Positions 50,085-63,194 of a stretch of 64,000 nucleotides of DNA are shown here, in pieces (the first letter of the stretch is position 1; each line of letters begins with the position of its first letter). The stretch lies in assembly GCA_950097015.1 (NCBI GenBank), contig CATNEN010000005.1, positions 2,294,001 through 2,358,000 on the forward strand, in the 5' to 3' direction. This DNA comes from Macrostomum hystrix. Lineage: Eukaryota; Animalia; Platyhelminthes. The notes under the pieces are model-generated. The model did no database searches. It saw only the letters and a program-made list of their open reading frames with translations, and was not told where the DNA came from. The position numbers and the translations under genes were made by a program.

Positions 50085-50524
50085 GGAACTAGGGGCAGTG
50101 TTTCCAGAGGTGCTACAATATAGAGTTAAAGCTCGTCCCCATTAACCCGCCCCACAGGGCACGGGCTGGCTATTGCATGGTAGCCAGCCAGTCAAGCCCA
50201 GTTAATCTTAAGTGTTGTGTGCAGTGAGAGTTGTTTAATGCTAGTCAAGCCTGTCAAAGCGTCGGCAGAAGGCAAGTTCAGTTCAGTAATAATTTATGAT
50301 CTGGAGTGGCATCCAAACCACTTTGATGATCCTATCTCCCTGTCTCTCCCACACAGTAACACTGTGAACTTCTCGCACTACTCCACAGAACTAAGAACAC
50401 GACTTTCAACTGAAATTATTTAGCAACAGAGGAACAACAGCAGAGAAGGAAAATTGAAAATCAGTTTTTCGTCAATCTATCGAGTGAGCTGAAGCAAACA
50501 AGGCAATGAGAGAATATAAAAGTA

Positions 50525-51118
50525 GAGACAGGGAGACAGGAGAGAGATGAGACACGGGAGAGATGAGACAGGGGAGAGATAAGACAGGGGAGAGATGAGA
50601 CACGGGAGAGATGAGACAGGAGAGATGAGACACGGGAGAGATGAGACAGGGAAGAGATGAGACACAGGAGAGATGAGACACAGGAGAGATGAGACACAGG
50701 AGAGATGAGACAGGTTAGAGACGAGACACGGGTGAGATGAGACACAGGAGAGATGAGACACAGGAGAGATGAGACAGGTTAGAGATGAGACACGGGTGAG
50801 ATGAGACACAGGAGAGATGAGACAGGTTAGAGATGAGACACGGGTGAGATGAGACACAGGAGAGATGAGACACGGGAGAGATGAAACACGGGTGAGATGA
50901 GACAGGAGAGATGAGACACGGGAGAGATGAGACAGGGAAGAGATGAGACACAGGAGAGATGAGACACGGGAGAGATGAGACACGGGAGAGATGAGAATGA
51001 GACAGGGAAGAGATTAGACAGGAGAGATGAGACAGGAGAGATGAGACAGGAGAGATGAGACACGGAAGAGATGAGACACGGGAGAGATGAGACATGGGAG
51101 AGATGAGACAGGGGAGAA
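50525..51118. repeat. 16-bp GAGATGAGACAC(G/A)GGA minisatellite, locus 2
   Basis: Same unit and orientation as 43935-44610. Confidence 0.92.
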
Positions 51119-51710
51119 TGTAGAAAATGGGTAGAACGATGGGTGAAAAAAGGCATATTAAGGGATAGAAAGCTATACTCAGAAGAAGAGTGAGATCTGA
51201 TTGTCTAATGGTGGATAAATCGAGGCTTTCTCCGAAGAGAAAACATGCTGATATGGCCTCCTTTACTTATCCCAAGTAACTGAAGCAAAGCTAAGGAGAA
51301 ATCCCAAAATGCGCGTGGGATCATTAGATTTTCCTGGCTGGGAGAAACACCTACACATTTTATGTTAAGGACTTCCCCATCTCGAGTATCTGACAGTGTT
51401 TAGCAGCATCCACTCGAGCATAGCATCAACTCATTCTTAAGCTCATTCTTAGTTGAGTTCGGGACGAAAAAACCAGAGGAAAGTCCTTAGGCTTCGAGCT
51501 GGCTATAATTTCTTGAGCTTAACGGTGACTAAAATTTCCTTTATGCGTTCAAACATTGAAAGATATTTTACGATAGCCAATTAGCCAATCTAAGGCTCAA
51601 AAGACTATTATTTTTAATCTTATGTCTAATACGAGTATTATACTTCATGATAAGAAATCCAAACAGCTTGAACTCCATCTAATTGAGTTTCACTTTGTTC
51701 TTGTTTATTC

Positions 51711-52092
51711 GGAGGAGAGGAGAGGAGAGGAGAGGAGAGGAAAGAAGAGAAGAGAGGAGAGGAGAGGAGAGGAGAGGAGAGGAGAGGAGAGGAGTGGAGA
51801 GGAGAGGAGAGGAGAGGAGAGGAGAGGAGAGGAGAGGAGAGGAGAGGAGAGGAGAGAAGAGGAGAAGAGAAGAGAGGAGAGGAGAGGAGAGGAGAGGAGA
51901 GGAGAGGAGTGGAGAGGAGAGGAGAGGAGAGGAGAGGAGAGGAGAGGAGAGGAGAGGAGAGGAGAGGAGAGAAGAGGAGAAGAGAAGAGAGGAGAGGAGA
52001 GGGGAGGAGTGGAGAGGAGAGGAGAGGAGAGGAGAGGAGAGGAGAGGAGAGAAGAGGAGAGGAGAGGAGAGGGGAGGAGTGGAGAGGAGATG
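51711..52092. repeat. (GAGGA)n pentanucleotide microsatellite
   Basis: About 75 units; gives the EERRG/SSPLL artefact ORFs. Confidence 0.99.
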
Positions 52093-52626
52093 AGATTCTG
52101 GAGCAAAACAAAGCACTGTTGCAAGATGAGCTGGCTGCAGCAAAGGAAATAGATTTGCTGTCTCATTTTACGCAACAATTGCTCATTCGCCAAGTCTTGA
52201 TCAAATTGGATTTGGTGTAGAAATCGTATTTCAATTTGCGAAAATTTTGCATAGTTTAGAGTACTTCTCTAGTGTTTCGCATCTGATAAACGAAAAATCA
52301 CTATGGCTATGGCTTACCTACCTGCCTACGAGCTAGTTAAAGTGCCCAACGGCAGTAACCGGGAGCCTAAATCTATTTGAAGCATTAGTAAAAGGCAAGT
52401 AGGATAGTGACTCTGCAATCAATGACTCAATCAATCAATCTATCTGGGACTTCGAGCACCGAAAATAGAAAATAGAGAAAGTAGGAAGATTAGTGGATAG
52501 AGGCTGAAAGTTCACTATGGGAGCGGAAAGATCGGACGGTATGAGCTCAACATTGAGTACAGAAGAGAAAACATCAAACAGAAAGTTTTACTATAACTCA
52601 AATAGACAGTAAACTTTCAAGCAGCA

Positions 52627-52851
<225 letters not shown>

Positions 52852-53199
52852 GTATTAGCCCAGGATCAAACTATTCAAGCTAAGCAAATTACTTCTGCAA
52901 GAGTGTACCATATTGGTACCGGGTTACCCCACAACTCACACCCGCCATTCCACCCTCAGCCCCCGTTACTGAGCCTAAAGCCCTCAGGATTCACTCGCTC
53001 TGTTTTTCGAAGCGTGAGCAATGCCCCAGTCCTGTCTCTTCTTATCCCATCTAGTTACCAACAGCACCAGCAGCAGCAGCAGCAGTAGCAGCTAGAATGT
53101 GTGAAAACAATCAAGGCACTGGGCACTGACTTTCTATTTGATGCTTCTTGTGAATCTATTTAAAAAAGTCTTTCTCGATATAAGTTTTGCACTTGAAAT

Positions 53200-56100
53200 C
53201 CCAAATCCCAAGAATCTTCCCAAATTCACTCCCAAGAATCTTCCCAAATTCACTCCCAAGAATCTTCCCAAATTCACTCCCAAGAATCTTCCCAAATTCA
53301 CTCTCAAGAATCTTCCCAAATTCACTCCCAAGAATCTTCCCAAATTCACTCCCAAGAATCTTCCCAAATTCACTCCCAAGAATCTTCCCAACTTCACGGC
53401 AAGAATCTTCCCAAATTCACTCCCAAGAATCTACCCAAATTCACTCCAAGAATTTTACTAAATTCACTCCCAAGAATCTTCCCAAATTCACTTCAAGAAT
53501 CTTCCCAAATTCACGCCAAGAATCTTCCCAAATTCATTCCCAAGAATCTTCGCAAGTTCACTCTCAAGAATCTTCCCAAATTCACTCCCAAGAATCTTCC
53601 CAAATTCACTCCCAAGAATCTTCCCAAATTCACTCTCAAGAATCTTCCCAAGTTCACTCTCAAGAATCTTCCCAAATTCACTCCCAAGAATCTTCCCAAG
53701 TTCACTCCCAAGAATCTTCCCAAGTTCACTCTCAAGAATCTTCCCAAGTTCACTCTCAAGAATCTTCCCAAGTTCACTCCCAAGAATCTTCCCAAATTCA
53801 CTCCCAAGAATCTTCCCAAATTCACTCCCAAGAATCTTCCCAAATTCACTCTCAAGAATCTTCCCAAGTTCACTCTCAAGAATCTTCCCAAATTCACTCC
53901 CAAGAATCTTCCCAAATTCACTCCCAAGAATCTTCCCAAGTTCACTCTCAAGAATCTTCCCAAGTTCACTCTCAAGAATCTTCCCAAGTTCACTCCCAAG
54001 AATCTTCCCAAATTCACTCCCAAGAATCTTCCCAAATTCACTCCCAAGAATTTTCCCAACTTCACGCCAAGAATCTTCCCAAATCCACTCCCAAGAATCT
54101 TCCTAAATCCACTCCCAAGAATCTTCCCAAATTCACTCCCAAGAATCTTCCCAAATTCACTCCCAAGAATCTTCCCAAATTCACTCTCAAGAATCTTCCC
54201 AAATTCACGCCAAGAATCTTCCCAAATTCACTCCCAAGAATCTTCCTAAATCCACTCCCAAGAATCTTCCGCAATTCACTCCCAAGAATCTTCCCAAATT
54301 CACTCCCAAGAATCTTCCCAAGTTCACTCTCAAGAATCTTCCCAAATTCACGCCAAGAATCTTCCCAAATTCACTCCCAAGAATCTTCCCAAATTCACTC
54401 CCAAGAATTTTCCCAACTTCACGCCAAGAATCTTCCCAAATCCACTCCCAAGAATCTTCCTAAATCCACTCCCAAGAATCTTCCGCAATTCACTCCCAAG
54501 AATCTTCCCAAATTCACTCCTAAGAATCTTCCCAAGTTCACTCTCAAGAATCTTCCCAAATTCACTCCAAGAATCTTCCCAAATTCACGCCAAGAATCTT
54601 CCTAAATTCACTCCCAAGAACCTTCCTAAATTCACTCTCAAGAATCTTCCCAAATTCACTCTCAAGAATCTTCCCAACTTCACGCCAAGAATCTTCCCAA
54701 ATTCACTCCCAAGAATCTTCGCAAATTCACTCCCAAGAATCTTCCCAAATTCACTCCCAAGAATCTTCGCAAATTCACTCCCAAGAATCTTCCCAAATTC
54801 ACTCCCAAGAATCTTCCCAAATTCACTCCCAAGAATCTTCCCAAATTCACTCCCAAGAATCTTCCCAAATTCACGGCAAGAATCTTTCCAAGTTCACTCC
54901 TAAGAATCTTCCCAAGTTCACTCTCAAGAATCTTCCCAAATTCACTCCAAGAATCTTCCCAAATTCACGCCAAGAATCTTCCTAAATTCACTCCCAAGAA
55001 CCTTCCTAAATTCACTCTCAAGAATCTTCCCAAATTCACTCTCAAGAATCTTCCCAACTTCACGCCAAGAATCTTCCCAAATTCACTCCCAAGAATCTTC
55101 CCAAATTCACTCCCAAGAATCTTCCCAAATTCACTCCCAAGAATCTTCGCAAATTCACTCCCAAGAATCTTCCCAAATTCACTCCCAAGAATCTTCCCAA
55201 ATTCACTCCCAAGAATCTTCCCAAATTCACTCCCAAGAATCTTCCCAAATTCACGGCAAGAATCTTTCCAAGTTCACTCCCAAAAATCTTCCCAAATTCA
55301 CTCCCAAGAATCTTCCCAAATTCACGCCAAGAATATTCCCAAGTTTACTCCCAAGAATCTTTCCAAGTTCACTCCCAAGAATCTTCCCAAATTCACTCCC
55401 AAGAATCTTCCCAAATTCACTCCCAAGAATCTTCCCAAATTCATTTCAAGAATCTTCCCAAATTCACTCCCAAGAATCTTCCCAACTTCACTCCCAAGAA
55501 TCTTCCCAACTTCACGCCAAGAATCTTCCCAAATTCACTCCCAAGAATCTTCCCAAATTCACGCCAAGAATCTTCCCAAGTTTACTCCCAAGAATCTTTC
55601 CAAGTTCACTCCCAAGAATCTTCCCAAATTCACTCCCAAGAATCTTCCCAAATTCACTCTCAAGAATCTTCCCAAATTCACTCCCAAGAATCTTCCCAAA
55701 TTCACTCTCAAGAATCTTCCCAAATTCACTCCCAAGAATCTTCCCAAATTCACCCGCAAGAATCTTCCCAAATTCACTCCCAAGAATCTTCCCAAATTCA
55801 CTCCCAAGAATCTTCCGCAATTCACTCCCAAGAATCTTCCCAAATTCACTTCAAGAATCTTCCCAAATTCACTCCCAAGAATCTTCCCAAATTCACTCCC
55901 AAGAATCTTCCCAACTTCACTCCCAAGAATCTTCCCAACTTCACGCCAAGAATCTTCCCAAATTCACGCCCAAGAATCTTCCCGAATTCACTCCCAAGAA
56001 TCTTCCCAAATTCACTCCCAAGAATCTTCCCAACTTCACTCCCAAGAATCTTTCCAAATTCACTCCCAAGAATCTTCCCAAATTCACTCTCAAGAATCTT

Positions 56101-57016
56101 CCCAAATTCACTCCCAAGAATCTTCCCAACTTCACGCCAAGAATCTTCCCAAATTCACTCCCAAGAATCTTCCCAAGTTGACTACCAAGAATCTTCTCAA
56201 ATTCACTCCCAAGAATCTTCCCAAGTTGACTCCCAAGAATCTTCCCAAATTCACTCTCAAGAATCTTCCTAAGTTCACTCTCAAGAATCTTCCCAAATTC
56301 ACTCCCAAGAATCTTCCCAAATTCACGCCAAGAATCTTCTCAAGTTTACTCCCAAGAATCTTTCCAAATTCACTCTCAAGAATCTTCCCAAATTCACTCC
56401 CAAGAATCTTCCCAAATTCACTCTCAAGAATCTTCCCAAATTCACTCCCAAGAATCTTCCCAAATTCACTCCCAAGAATCTTCCCAAATTCACTCCCAAG
56501 AATCTTCCTAAATCCACTCCCAAGAATCTTCCCAAATTCACGCTAAGAATCTTCCCAAGTTCACTCTCAAGAATCTTCCCAAATTCACTCTCAAGAATCT
56601 TCCCAAATTCACGCCAAGAATCTTCCCAAATTCACTCCCAAGAATCTTCCCAAATTCACTCCCAAGAATCTTCCCAAATTCACTCCCAAGAATCTTCCCA
56701 AATTCACTCCCAAGAATCTTCCCAAATTCACTCCCAAGAATCTTCCCAAATTCACTCCCAAGAATCTTCCCAAATTCACTCCCAAGAATCTTCCCAAATT
56801 CACTCCCAAGAATCTTCCCAAATTCACTCTCAAGAATCTTCCCAAATTCACTCCCAAGAATCTTCCGCAATTCACTCCCAAGAATCTTTCCAAATTCACT
56901 CCCAAGAATCTTCCCAAATTCACTCCCAAGAATCTTCCCAAGTTCACTCTCAAGAATCTTCCCAAGTTCACTCTCAAGAATCTTCCCAAATTCACGCCAA
57001 GAATCTTCCCAAATTG
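53200..57016. repeat. 24-bp minisatellite (CCCAAGAATCTTCCCAAATTCACT) with 23-bp variants, about 160 copies
   Basis: 8-aa periodic ORFs broken by CACGCCAAG 23-bp units; 380-bp block duplication (AAGAACCTTCC at 54616 and 54996). Confidence 0.97.
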
Positions 57017-57764
57017 ACCGGAGTGCTGTGATATATTCTCGAAATAAATGCACTGCATTTTTTATAATGCAGAGCAATTAATTGATTTCATAATTTGTTA
57101 TAAAATTTATATTTGAATTCAAAATATCTAATATTCATTCTATGTCGTAGCATTTTGAGTACGTGACTCATAAGTGCAGCCTGGCATTTTATTTTATTAT
57201 TGTTTTAAATGGACAAATGGTATACTTTTAGATATTATTTATATAAGTAATAATAAAAAGCTTTTAATAGGACGAAGGGATAACAAAGTTTGGGATTAGC
57301 TAAGAGAATCGGGATGGGGATAAGAGGATAAGCGGTGTGAGGTTGGCTAACTTAGATAGGTCTGATAATATAGTCAAGCAGTTGGGTTACATCCCCTTAG
57401 CTGCAGACAGTCTTTAATAATTCATTAAAGCTTTAGAAGTGGGGTACAGGTGTAGGCCTGTGTGTTGAGCATAGCGGGACTAACAATTGATAGATTGGTC
57501 TCGGAGCCTGTGTAGACCTTCATCGGCCATGACGAAATGACTCCGGTCCATTGTCATGCCTCAGTAGGTACTTTGAGCCTAAACTTTTTATTTTGAATTT
57601 ATTATTTTAGTTTATGCTGATTTGATTTTTAAGATAGCGATAAAGTGCGTGTTTAAACGGAAGAAAACACTGGAAATCTTCTGCTACACTTGTTCCTTTT
57701 GAAGCCAAACATGTTTTATCAATTGAAAAACTGATAAATCATTACTAAGATCTTATCACTCTGA

Positions 57765-59585
57765 TTTGAGCACTATGCCTGGTCACTCTGATTTGATTTG
57801 AGCACTCCACTATGCCTGGTCAATCTGATTTGAGCACTCCACTATGCCTGGTCAATCTGATTTGAGCACTCCACTATGCCTGGTCAATCTGATTTGAGCA
57901 CTCCACTATGCCTGGTCAATCTGATTTGAGCACTCCACTATGCCTGGTCAATCTGATTTGAGCACTCCACTATGCCTGGTCAATCTGATTTGAGCACTCC
58001 ACTATGCCTGGTCAATCTGATTTGAGCACTCCACTATGCCTGGTCAATCTGATTTGAGCACTCCACTATGCCTGGTCAATCTGATTTGAGCACTCCACTA
58101 TGCCTGGTCAATCTGATTTGAGCACTCCACTATGCCTGGTCAATCTGATTTGAGCACTCCACTATGCCTGGTCAATCTGATTTGAGCACTCCACTATTCC
58201 TGGTCACTCTGATTTGATTTGAGCACTCCACTATTCCTGGTCACTCTGATTTGATTTGAGCACTCCACTATTCCTGGTCACTCTGATTTGATTTGAGCAC
58301 TCCACTATTCCTGGTCACTCTGATTTGATTTGAGCACTCCACTATTCCTGGTCACTCTGATTTGAGCACTCCACTATATATTGTCTCTCTGATTTGAGCA
58401 CTCCACTATATATGGTCACTCTGATTTGTGCACTCCACTATATATGGTCTCTCTGATTTGAGCACTTCACTATATATGGTCTCTCTGATTTGAGCACTCC
58501 ACTATATATGGTCACTCTGATTTGAGCACTTCACTATATATGGTCTCTCTTATTTGAGCACTCCACTATATATGGTCACTCTGATTTGAGCACTCCACTA
58601 TATATGGTCACTCCGATTTGAGAACTCCACTATGCCTGGTCAATCTGATTTGAGCACTCCACTATTCCTGGTCACTCTGATTCGATTTGAGCACTCCACT
58701 ATTCCTGGTCACTCTGATTTGATTTGAGCACTCCACTATGCCTGGTCAATCTGATTTGAGCACTCCACTCTTCCTGGTCACTCTGATTCGATTTGAGCAC
58801 TCCACTATTCCTGGTCACTCTGATTTGATTTGAGCACTCCACTATTCCTGGTCACTCTGATTTGATTTGAGCACTCCACTATGCCTGGTCAATCTGATTT
58901 GAGCACTCCACTATTCCTGGTCACTCTGATTTGATTTGAGCACTCCACTATTCCTGGTCACTCTGATTTGATTTGAGCACTCCACTATGCCTGGTCACTC
59001 TGATTTGATTTGAGCACTCCACTATGCCTGGTCAATCGGATTTGAGCACTCCACTATGCCTGGTCAATCTGATTTGAGCACTCCACTATGCCTGGTCAAT
59101 CTGATTTGAGCACTCCACTATGCCTGGTCAATCTGATTTGAGCACTCCACTATGCCTGGTCAATCTGATTTGAGCACTCCACTATGCCTGGTCAATCTGA
59201 TTTGAGCACTCCACTATGCCTGGTCAATCTGATTTGAGCACTCCACTATTCCTGGTCACTCTGATTTGATTTGAGCACTCCACTATTCCTGGTCACTCTG
59301 ATTTGAGCACTTCACTATTCCTGGTCACTCTGATTTGATTTGAGCACTCCACTATTCCTGGTCACTCTGATTTGATTTGAGCACTCCACTATTCCTGGTC
59401 TCTCTGATTTGAGCACTTCACTATATATGGTCTCTCTGATTTGAGCACTCCACTATATATGGTCTCTCTGATTTGAGCACTCCACTATATATGGTCACTC
59501 TGATTTGAGCACTCCACTATATATAGTCTCTCTGATTTGAGCACTCCACTATATCTGGTCACTCCGATTTGAGAACTCCACTACT
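57765..59585. repeat. 32/37-bp minisatellite (TTTGAGCACTCCACTATGCCTGGTCAATCTGA +/- TTTGA)
   Basis: About 54 copies in blocks of three variants (TATGCC/CAAT, TATTCC/CACT+5 bp, TATATA/CTCT); no spacers. Confidence 0.96.
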
Positions 59586-60476
59586 CTTTAAAGTGCTCTT
59601 TACTCTGTTTGTAAAATCGCGTTGAACTGGGCAATTAGCTATTTACGGTAATTCAGATCACTTCTGTTTAAATTGCATTCCACAACTCTCAGAATATTCT
59701 ATACAAAAGAGAACTCGAAAATCACTCACCTGCCATTCAACAAATGCGTCACTGATCAATCATGGTCCCCATGGAAATGATGACCGGATTATAATAAATA
59801 AATTCGCGCAAAATTCTTCTGTAAAAACTAAAACAGAGACTTTGTAGAAGTACTTTTTCTATTAGTTGTCTTGTTTCACAATTGACACAGTTCTAAAGAG
59901 ATATAAAGTTAGACAGTTCTGGTGTAAGCCTTTAAATGTTGAATTTTATCTTTAGGGCAAGCACGGCCGCTGCTGCTGCTGCTGCTGCTGCTGTGGTTGT
60001 TACAGAGTCCTGCTTGTCCAATCAGATTGTTTCAGCCAATCAGAGGCCGTCAGATAGTTCTTTTTGTTAAAACAAAAAATGCCTCCCTCCATATCACAAA
60101 CTTTTAGAGCCGGCCATTGGCTGGTTGTAATTCTTTTTATTATTAGCTTAATGTTTTACTACCTTCGGACATTTTTTCGTGGGTATGATTTCGAACAAAA
60201 AACTTGGCCTTGAATCAGGCGCTTAATGCGTGCCCAGGAAAATGACCTTGAAAAAGTCAGGTGACATCGGCTTATATTCTCTGTTATTTTTTAGTTGCAT
60301 TTGAATCGGAATTAAAAAATATGTTAATACATGAAAAAAATGTTAAAAGCGTTAAAAAATATTGACCTTGACCTTAAGTCACGCTCCTCGCACATGACTG
60401 ATCATTTTATCGATTGTTCGAGTGATTGAAATATTTATTGGAAATTTCCTTGACCTTAAACAATCATTACTTTCGT

Positions 60477-61388
60477 TCACCTTTTAGAGATACGTGGGCT
60501 ATCCCAAAAGTAAGTTTCGGTCAACAATAAAAAGCGTGGCTGTGCCAGGACCTCCCAGTTCCAGGACTCCAGGAGCTTCTCCACTCTTCTGGCGCGGTGC
60601 ACAGGTCCGTTGTCGTAGTGAAAATCACGCCTCTCTCCAGCAAACCAGGCCGCTTTTTTCCTGATGGCTGGCCTCAATTTTTCTTGCAGTACCCATCGGT
60701 AATATTCTGCATTCGCCTTGGTGCCGATTGGCACTGGCCAGTCCACCAGGACCCCATGGATGTCAAAGAAGACTATGTGCATCACCTTCAAGGAGCTCTG
60801 CTTCCGTTGAACCTTCTCAGGACTCGCTGATCCCCTTGGAAGCCACTGTGCTGACTGGCGCTTGAGCTCAGGATCCCACTCGTAGACCCATGTCTCGTCT
60901 CCTGTCACAATTCTGCTGAGAAAGTTGCTTCCCTCTCGATTAAACCGTCGAAGGTGCTCTTGCGCCAGGGTCACCCTCTCCATCATTTGGTCCTCAGTCA
61001 GGAGATAAGGCACCCACTTTGCGAAGATCTTCTGCATGTTCAGCTGCTCAGTAAGAATGCGATGCACTGTGCTGTGAGGAATGTCCAGGAGGTCCTCGAT
61101 CTCATTGCAAGTCAATCTGCTGTCAACAGTGACTGCAGCTTTGACACGCTCTGCATTTGCATCAGTGGTGGCTGTTCTTGGCCTTCCAGACCGCTCTTTG
61201 TCTTCCATCGACAGCCTGCCTCCTTGAACTTCGCGGACCCATTTCCGAACCGTTTGAATTGATGGAGCATCGTCTTTCAGAACTAGTCCAAGCTCTCCAT
61301 GAATCTCTGATGTTGATTTGCCAGCCAAAACTGAAAACTTGATCATGTTTCCGACGTCGTATCGTGTGAACGAAGCCGAAGTGGCCAT
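60477..61388 (-). pseudogene. Mariner transposase lacking the C-terminal YSPDLAP motif and third catalytic Asp
   Basis: HTH region, RSGRP, WVPYLLT linker, IVTGDETWVY (D1) and HYDNG (D2) are present; after EVLAQP the frame runs straight into subterminal/TIR sequence. Confidence 0.88.
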
Positions 61389-61433
61389 CTTTGCAAACGA
61401 AGCTGTGTTTAACTTCTTTTTGGGATAGCCCTC
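60493..61433 (-). mobile_element. Mariner (Tc1/mariner) DNA transposon, 941 bp, internally deleted
   Basis: TA at 60491-92 and 61434-35; imperfect TIRs CGTGGGCTATCCCAAAAGTAAG and GAGGGCTATCCCAAAAAGAAG; transposase between them. Confidence 0.9.
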
Positions 61434-61799
61434 TAGTAACTAGGAAAACTAAAAGATCTTTTTTAAGAAAAGGTAACTTTGTTCTCAAGCTCGCTTGTTA
61501 CAAAAACAGTTAAAAAAGCACTTATACTATTTTGGGATGTTTTTTGGGCTAGAAACAACGAATCAAACGATATTAAGCTACGAAATTACAGGCATAAATG
61601 ATGGGTATGAATCAATTTGACAGAATTCAATTACGAGCTCGAAGAAGCGAATCATTAATCTAAATTTCTTTCTCAAACCTTTAAAAGTCACCTAGAGTAG
61701 AATCGATGGACAGAAGAGATGTCTTCGAGAAAAAATAGCAAAACTTTTGTTTTTCAATACAAATTGGCTTCGAAAATATTTTGCCATTTCCTTCATTTT

Positions 61800-62402
61800 C
61801 AGGTCATTCCCTTCATTCCCAGGTCATTCCCATAATTTCCTGGCCTTTAACTTCATTTCCAGACCATTCCCTTAATTCCGCAAGTCATTCACTTCATTCC
61901 CTAAGTTATTCACTTCATTCCCTAAGTTATTCACTTCATTCCCAAGTCATTCACTTCATTCCCTAAGTCATTCACTTCATTCCCAAGTTATTCAGTTCAT
62001 TCCCAAGTCATTCACTTCATTCCCAAGTCATTCAGTTCATTCCCAAGTCATTCACTTCATTCCCTAAGTCATTCACTTCATTCCCAAGTTATTCAGTTCA
62101 TTCCCAAGTCATTCACTTTAATCCCAAGTCATGCACTTCATTCCCATGTCATTCAGTTCATTCCCAAGTCATGCACTTCATTCCCATGTCATTCAGTTCA
62201 TTCCCAAGTTATTCACTTCATTCCCAAGTCATGCACTTCATTCCCAAGTCATTCACTTCATTCCCAAGTCATTCAGTTCATTCCCAAGTCATGCACTTCA
62301 TTCCCAAGTCATTCACTTCATTCCCAAGTCATTCAGTTCATTCCCAAGTCATGCACTTCATTCCCAAGTCATGCACTTCATTCCCAAGTCATTCAGTTCA
62401 TT
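61800..62402. repeat. 20-bp minisatellite (TTCATTCCCAAGTCATTCA[C/G]) with 60-bp trimer on the right
   Basis: About 28 copies; 20-aa periodic ORFs. Confidence 0.93.
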
Positions 62403-63194
62403 ATTCAAATACACGTATTCTCAAGTATTTATCTATCATTTATGACATACTAGTTTCAATAGTTACTGTATAAGCCAAGTAACTGGTAATATAGCGATAG
62501 TTTTTACAATAGCAACAATAAATCGTTCGGGTCTGTTCTGATCCCTAAACATTTGATCCCTTCGGCACGGAAGTTCTCTAAGCGCAAGAATGGAACAGCA
62601 TTTTTTCATTGATTTCCTATCGCATTTGAAGCTAGGTGGGACGAAAAGGACAGACTAGCTGGGGTAGGCGAAATTGCGGCGAGCGCCGAGGGTCGCATTG
62701 CAGCAGAAGAAAATTTTTCGCACAACAACAAGCTCGTTTGAAACAAGAAGAAGAACAGATGAGAATGATAGATATAGCAACAACAGGAATTGCTATGCAC
62801 GGGGAGGCTTCAGAAGGGGGGAGGGATAATTCCTAAGCAGATTAAAACAGATTAGGCCTTTTTGGACAAGGCAGAGGGATACAACAAACTGACAGACAGA
62901 CAGACAGACAGACAGGGTCAAGCTATAGGCCTTCTTTTTTCGAGAAAAAAACTAGGAATTGAGAAATGGGATCTCATAAAAAGAGGAGGCGAATGATGAG
63001 ATTCTAAAGCTGATCGCAATTCTAATCTAAATCTAATCAAAAGTATAATATGATTTTCCGCTTTGTCAGATTGAATTTGCGGCTTGAACAAATGCATTTT
63101 CGTCAGCATTTCCAGAATGCTAAGAAGTTTAAATCTCAATTTCTAGATCAAGGTGCGAAACACTACAAGTTAATATTGGCGTCATTGTTATAAT

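Noticed and set aside
57491-57535. Penelope-type hammerhead ribozyme on the minus strand (CCGATGAA-GGTCT...AGACC-AATC)
   Set aside because: A stem II-like helix exists, but both catalytic boxes deviate (CCGATGA for CTGATGA; AATC for GAAA) and stems I/III are not evident. At best a decayed relic.
57765-59585. CRISPR-like array (32-37 bp repeats)
   Set aside because: Units are contiguous with no unique spacers, there are no cas genes, and the context is eukaryotic. The same applies to the other 29-35 bp arrays.
60240-60460. Cluster of TGACCT nuclear-receptor half sites
   Set aside because: Short motifs in AT-rich sequence beside a transposon; cannot be distinguished from repeat-derived or chance occurrence.
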